NCBI GenBank assembly: GCA_013815775.1
Contig: JACDFN010000002.1
Coordinates: forward strand, 128,717-192,716
DNA length: 64,000 nucleotides
Source of the DNA: Candidatus Saccharimonadota bacterium
GTDB taxonomy: Bacteria > Patescibacteriota > Saccharimonadia > Saccharimonadales > UBA10212
Reading direction: 5' to 3'
Positions within the stretch are counted from its first letter, which is position 1. Every line of letters starts with the position of its first letter. A model generated the notes under the pieces. It saw only the letters and a program-made list of their open reading frames with translations. It did no database searches and had not been told where the DNA came from. Positions 59,540 through 64,000 of this stretch are shown one piece after another. Made by a program: the position numbers and the translations under genes.

Positions 59540-60859
59540 CTATAAATCTTCTTGACGAACATGTCGGGAGTTAAGGATGCTTACTATTCGCTCAAAACTA
59601 TGCTCGTGTTCTTCGCCGTTAACTAAATTTTTAAGTTTATACCGCTTGCTTATTAATTCTTGTTCGCCAATGAACAGGGCGAAGGAAAGTCCGCCTTTAA
59701 CGGCACCCCGTATTTGGGCGTCTAATTTACGGCCAGTAGTATCTACGGCCAGCCGTACACCTTCGGCGCGGAAGGAACTTAAAGCTTCTTGCGAGGCTTC
59801 ATAAACATTCCCGATCAGAATGACTACTGCATCCGTTTCAGGTCTTATGGTTGGCAGCAATTTATGAGTCTCAAGAAAGTTTTGAAGAGTAACATCTCCC
59901 ATTCCAAAGCCAACTGTAGGCAAAGGTTGAACTCCAAATTCCCCCACTAAACCGTCGTATCGGCCACCTCCGAACATTGATCTATTATTGCCTGTTTCCT
60001 TATCAAATACCTCAAAAACTATACCGGTGTAGTAATCGAAGCCCCTCATAAGAGTAGGGTCAAATACGGCGTTGTCTATTCGGTTATTTTTTAGCATTTT
60101 CATTAATTTAATAAGTTCGCTTGTAGCCGGATGTTGTTGTGTCACCAAGGGTAAATCCGTGACCTCTTTGGCTTTCAAAACGACCAGCAATTGTCTAAGC
60201 GTGCCGCTTTCTCGCTGAGAAGGTGTAAGCAGAGCCTCTCCCGCAACCAAGAACTCCTCTTCTGATATTTTGTGTAGCCGATCCACCAGGCGAATCATGG
60301 CCGTAGCTTGTGAATGATCAAGCTTTAAGTATTCAAGCAATAGCCAGTTCACGAAGGCCCGGCTACTCACTCTTATCTCATAAGTGCTGCGTTTAGCTCC
60401 ATATGCCTGCATAATAGTGTCTGCCACCACCATAATCTCGTGATCAGCCTCTATGCCCGACACACCAAAAAGATCGACATTAAGCTGAAAGTGTTCTCTT
60501 AAACGACCGTGCTGTGGCCGCTCATAACGCCACAAGTTAGGGATGCTATACCAACGTGCCGGGTAGCTAAGTTCTTGGCGACGAGCAGCTACCATGCGAC
60601 TAACGGTAGGGGTCATCTCAGGCCTAAGCGTTACATGTCGACCACCCCTATCAAGAAAATTATATGTTTGTTCGGTAACTATTTCATCGCTTGTTTTTGC
60701 TAGATAAAGTTCGATAGGTTCGATTATTGGTGCATCATATTCTAGGTAGCCAAAGGTTTCCACCACCTTTCGTAGCACACTAAACATGTACTTCTGGATA
60801 CGCTTATCTTCCGGAAAAAAATCACGAGCACCCTTATAGGATTGAGTAGTTAGAGACAT
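59540..60859 (-). CDS. hisS: Histidyl-tRNA synthetase
   Basis: LRPEMT, RYERPQHGRLREH, RGFDYYTG, GGGRYDGL. Confidence 0.97.
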   Translation of the reverse strand: MSLTTQSYKGARDFFPEDKRIQKYMFSVLRKVVETFGYLEYDAPIIEPIELYLAKTSDEIVTEQTYNFLDRGGRHVTLRPEMTPTVSRMVAARRQELSYPARWYSIPNLWRYERPQHGRLREHFQLNVDLFGVSGIEADHEIMVVADTIMQAYGAKRSTYEIRVSSRAFVNWLLLEYLKLDHSQATAMIRLVDRLHKISEEEFLVAGEALLTPSQRESGTLRQLLVVLKAKEVTDLPLVTQQHPATSELIKLMKMLKNNRIDNAVFDPTLMRGFDYYTGIVFEVFDKETGNNRSMFGGGRYDGLVGEFGVQPLPTVGFGMGDVTLQNFLETHKLLPTIRPETDAVVILIGNVYEASQEALSSFRAEGVRLAVDTTGRKLDAQIRGAVKGGLSFALFIGEQELISKRYKLKNLVNGEEHEHSFERIVSILNSRHVRQEDL

Positions 60860-60946
60860 TACCGTAATTATACGATAAAAATATTGCCATAGAAATTAGT
60901 GCCTTTAGGTGACATTATGTAGTTAACTAAACAAGAGGAATTAAAA

Positions 60947-61663
60947 ATGCAAGATAAAATTAAACATCAACCAGCGTTAGCTGGAGCTTTTGAGCTACTC
61001 CCCAAGAGTTACGAACTAATTAAGAAAAATTTTGAAGTGTTTATGGTTCTTTTTGCGATAGGCGGACTAATGGCACTTTGGGAAACATTCGCCAGGTTTG
61101 ATGACGAGAAAGAACAGGGGCGTGGTTGGGACAATTTGTTAGCCAATGGAGTATTTGGACCTGATGTTAGCTCAGGAATTTTTGCAGTTGGCGGGATAAT
61201 GTTAATCGTATTAGTTTTGTACGTAGTATCATACCTGCTGTTAGTGATCGCTAGCCTTCGAACTGCTCAAGGAAAAAAGCCGACAATCAAATCACTTTGG
61301 GGGGAACTAACCCACGCTTGGCTCTGGTTAAAGATGATAGGAGGCTTCATATCGCTGGTAATTGCAGTTGTTATAGGACTGATAATGCTAATTGTTCCAG
61401 GTGTCGTTTTAGTATGGAGGCTATTTTTTGTTCCTTATGTTCTGGTGGATCAAAAAACGTCAATCAAGAAGGCATTTAAGCGAAGCTGGGATATGACTAG
61501 CGGGCAAGCCTGGCCAGTTTACAGCGTGATATTAGTATCAATACTACTTAGTCTCGCAAGCGTTCTACCAATAGTCGGTGCCATTGCGGCCTTTCTACTT
61601 AGTTCCGCCTATGCCGTCGCCCCCGCACTGCGCTACCAGGAAATCAAAAAACACGTAAAATAA
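60947..61663 (+). CDS. Hypothetical multi-pass membrane protein
   Basis: AGAGGA SD; LIVPGV...PYVLVD...AFKRSW pattern resembles GDPD membrane-domain proteins. Confidence 0.7.
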   Translation: MQDKIKHQPALAGAFELLPKSYELIKKNFEVFMVLFAIGGLMALWETFARFDDEKEQGRGWDNLLANGVFGPDVSSGIFAVGGIMLIVLVLYVVSYLLLVIASLRTAQGKKPTIKSLWGELTHAWLWLKMIGGFISLVIAVVIGLIMLIVPGVVLVWRLFFVPYVLVDQKTSIKKAFKRSWDMTSGQAWPVYSVILVSILLSLASVLPIVGAIAAFLLSSAYAVAPALRYQEIKKHVK

Positions 61664-61910
61664 CCGATTTTTATTTTTTGTTGCCGGGTACAAAGAGTAG
61701 AACTAGAGCTAGTATGCTGTTTATGGGCGGGGCGAACACTAGGAGGCTCTACTAAAGAGAACGTCCAATATCTCTAAGCCTCTTGCTCATTGCTACTATC
61801 GCAACCGCCAAGATAAGAAATATACTCGACAGTTCTAAATTTGATAAAGCTGCAACAGAACCAGAATCATTATCCATTTTTTCGAAAAGAGCAGCATTAG
61901 TTTTTGTTGG

Positions 61911-61936
61911 AAACAAAAAGCCGGGTTCACTCCGGC
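61911..61936 (-). terminator. Intrinsic terminator after tRNA-Leu
   Basis: GCCGG-7-CCGGC-TTTTTGTTT. Confidence 0.7.
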
Positions 61937-61976
61937 CGATGCGTTAAGAAAAACCAATGGGGTTGTCCCGTTGTTA

Positions 61977-62061
61977 TGGTGGGGATGATAGGACTCGAAC
62001 CTACACGCCTTGCGGCACTAGTTCCTAAAACTAGCGTGTATACCAATTTCACCACATCCCC
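61977..62061 (-). tRNA. tRNA-Leu(TAG)
   Basis: Anticodon arm CTAGT-TTTAGGA-ACTAG, variable arm, CCA end. Confidence 0.97.
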
Positions 62062-62084
62062 GTAACTCTACCGATGTTATTTTA

Positions 62085-62618
62085 CTATTTTTTATTGTAA
62101 AAGACTAGTTGGGCGTCACCGTAAGTCTTATTTGAGGCAACCTTCATACCATCAAATTCGGGGGGCTCAATTTTAGTCGGCCAATCAAGTACTACGAGTC
62201 CATCTGGCTTAGTGTGTCTTTTGGTTAAGGTATGAAGTAAACTTTCCTGTAAATTATCATAAGGTGGGGCCAGTAAAACGACGTCGAATTTTTTTTCCAT
62301 ATTATGTATGCTCCACCCGCCGCAGTTGGCTCTAATGGTATCCACTTCTTTGCCTAACTTCAATTCTTTGGCGTTTCGTTCAATTACCCCATATGCTGGT
62401 CGGTCTTTTTCTATGGCTACTGCGCTTGCTGCACCACGAGAAATGGCCTCAAAGATAAGAGCGCCGCTTCCTGCAAATGCATCTAAGAAACTTAGTCCCT
62501 GTATGTCACCGAGAACGTTAAACAAAGCACCACGGATCTTTTCGCCCATGGGATGGGTTTTATAGCCATGCGGTTCGTGTAGTACGCGGCCCTTTAATTT
62601 TCCGGCAATTATTCTCAT
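62085..62618 (-). CDS. rsmD: 16S rRNA m2G966 methyltransferase
   Basis: MRIIAGK, LDAFAGSGA, YGD; follows recG. Confidence 0.88.
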   Translation of the reverse strand: MRIIAGKLKGRVLHEPHGYKTHPMGEKIRGALFNVLGDIQGLSFLDAFAGSGALIFEAISRGAASAVAIEKDRPAYGVIERNAKELKLGKEVDTIRANCGGWSIHNMEKKFDVVLLAPPYDNLQESLLHTLTKRHTKPDGLVVLDWPTKIEPPEFDGMKVASNKTYGDAQLVFYNKK

Positions 62619-62619
62619 A

Positions 62620-64000
62620 TTAATTTAGGTTGGTTACTGCTCGGAGCTTAGATACTCTGCGGTGCAGGTGTGAGTATTTTTCTATATCTTCATTCTTATC
62701 TATAAAATTTTGAGCTGCTTCTCTTGCTGCCGCTATAAGTTTTGTATCACTAAGGCTTGCCACTCGCAAGTCTAGTGCGCCATGTTGGAAATTACCGTAA
62801 ATAGCACCGGGACCGCGGAGACGCAAATCTAGCTCTGCTAATTTAAAGCCGTTAGTTGTGTTTTCTAATGCCTGCAACCGCACGGAGGGTGCTTTACTAT
62901 CACTTAGCATCAGGAATGCAAAGCTTTGACGATTCCCCCGGCCTACCCTTCCCCTGAGCTGGTGTAGTTGGGCAAGTCCAAATTTTTCAGCTCCTTCGAT
63001 AAGCATGATAGTTGCATTTGGGACATCAACTCCAACTTCTATAACTGTAGTGCATACTAAAATATCGAATTCACGTTCTAAATACTTTTTCATGACAACG
63101 TCTTTTTCGGCTGAGCTCATTCGTCCGTGCAGCTGGCCAATTCGTCTATGTTTGAATTCGTGCTCAGATAATTGCTTGTATACCTCCTCTACAGACACGC
63201 CTCCGCTAGCTTCGGTGTCGTTAATAAGCGGAGTAACAACAAACATTTGCCGGCCGGCTTCCAATTCTTTGTCAATTAGGGCATAAAGTTGTTTTCTAGA
63301 GTTTGGCGAACATATTTTAGTTTTTATTTCTTGTCGGCCTGGTGGTAGCTCATCGATAATGGAAATATCTAGTTCACCGTAAAGTGTCAGCGCCAAGCTT
63401 CTGGGAATTGGCGTTGCTGTCATGTGTAGCACGTGAGGCATGTGGCCCGCTTTGGCTTGTAGTTTTTTGCGCTGCTGCACCCCAAAACGGTGTTGCTCAT
63501 CTATAACGATTAAGCCCAACCGGTGCATGCCAACTTTTTCGGCAATTAAAGCGTGAGTTCCTATCATTAATCCAGTGTCCCCATTTGCAATGCGTTGATG
63601 TGCAATTTTCTTCTGAGATGCGCTTAAACCACCAATGAGAAGTCCAACCTTATCACCATAGCCTACGTTTCCCAGTAGAGTCTGTAAGGTCTCAGTGTGT
63701 TGGCGTGCAAGAATTTCTGTAGGCGCCATAAGGGCCACTTGAAACTTTTGCTCCATAGCCATCACAGCTGCCATAGCCGCAACCACTGTTTTTCCAGAAC
63801 CTACATCACCTTCCACAAGACGGTTCATGGGCATTGTCCTGCTCATATCTTGGTAAACCTGCCAAACAGTCTTGCGCTGGGCGTCAGTTAACTTAAATGG
63901 TAGTTCGCCGACAAAATCTTTAGCCAGTTTTTCATTAAACGGTATGGCCAGCGCAGCCTCTTTAGTGAACTCGTACTTATTTAATAGAGCAGCTAAAGTC
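62620..64000 (-). CDS. recG: ATP-dependent DNA helicase RecG, 5'-truncated by window edge
   Basis: GDVGSGKT, DEQHRFG, MTATPIPR, QLRGRVGR. Frame is open to the window end (LPFKLTDAQ). Confidence 0.96.
   Translation of the reverse strand, partial: TLAALLNKYEFTKEAALAIPFNEKLAKDFVGELPFKLTDAQRKTVWQVYQDMSRTMPMNRLVEGDVGSGKTVVAAMAAVMAMEQKFQVALMAPTEILARQHTETLQTLLGNVGYGDKVGLLIGGLSASQKKIAHQRIANGDTGLMIGTHALIAEKVGMHRLGLIVIDEQHRFGVQQRKKLQAKAGHMPHVLHMTATPIPRSLALTLYGELDISIIDELPPGRQEIKTKICSPNSRKQLYALIDKELEAGRQMFVVTPLINDTEASGGVSVEEVYKQLSEHEFKHRRIGQLHGRMSSAEKDVVMKKYLEREFDILVCTTVIEVGVDVPNATIMLIEGAEKFGLAQLHQLRGRVGRGNRQSFAFLMLSDSKAPSVRLQALENTTNGFKLAELDLRLRGPGAIYGNFQHGALDLRVASLSDTKLIAAAREAAQNFIDKNEDIEKYSHLHRRVSKLRAVTNLN

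Noticed and set aside
61752..61877. 41 aa minus-strand ORF with a hydrophobic stretch after tRNA-Leu
   Set aside because: No SD or clear promoter and it lies just past a terminator; cannot be supported as a gene or type I toxin.
232..63891. Many 60-185 aa ORFs antisense to or nested in housekeeping genes
   Set aside because: Shadow frames of conserved genes with no recognisable motifs.
1..64000. CRISPR arrays, inteins, introns, rRNA genes or alternative genetic code
   Set aside because: No periodic repeats or splicing motifs noticed; dnaB, dnaX and rpoBC have ordinary lengths; TGA acts as a stop (rplB, rplQ, rpsQ) under code 11.

Overview
This window is core chromosome of a Patescibacteria (CPR) bacterium, most likely Saccharibacteria/TM7. 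That assignment is inferred from the missing rpmD (L30) in an otherwise complete spc cluster, no rplI beside dnaB, a Tmk-ThyX-like fusion and compact gene spacing. Almost all genes lie on the minus strand: recG-rsmD-tRNA-Leu, hisS-tig-clpP, rpoBC, rpsL-rpsG-fusA, tuf, rpsJ, the S10/spc/alpha clusters running into rplM-rpsI, trpS, holB, four more tRNAs, rpmG, secE-nusG-rplK-rplA, dcd-tmk, rplJL, dnaX-dnaB-ybaB-recR and cysS. A few accessory genes are wedged into the operons (GH13 glucosidase plus GT4, aminopeptidase, Ddl-like ATP-grasp, RRM protein). No mobile element or CRISPR array was seen. The unusual signal lies inside the housekeeping proteins. (1) The RNA polymerase trigger loop, bridge helix, F-loop and beta link region are jointly rewritten (QLSLDSKH for QLTMRTFH; EKNYVLR for EHDDANR). 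(2) The housekeeping EF-G has altered guanine-specificity motifs (NKIN for NKxD; GGDGR for GSAFK). (3) Structural zinc-finger cysteines are lost across RpoC, RecR, DnaX, HolB, S4, S14 and L36. (4) The ThyX domain looks catalytically eroded. There are also many apparently leaderless promoters and several candidate cis-regulatory elements. All homology calls and E. coli residue numbers come from motif recognition and memory, not from searches. Several of these traits may be shared across the lineage.
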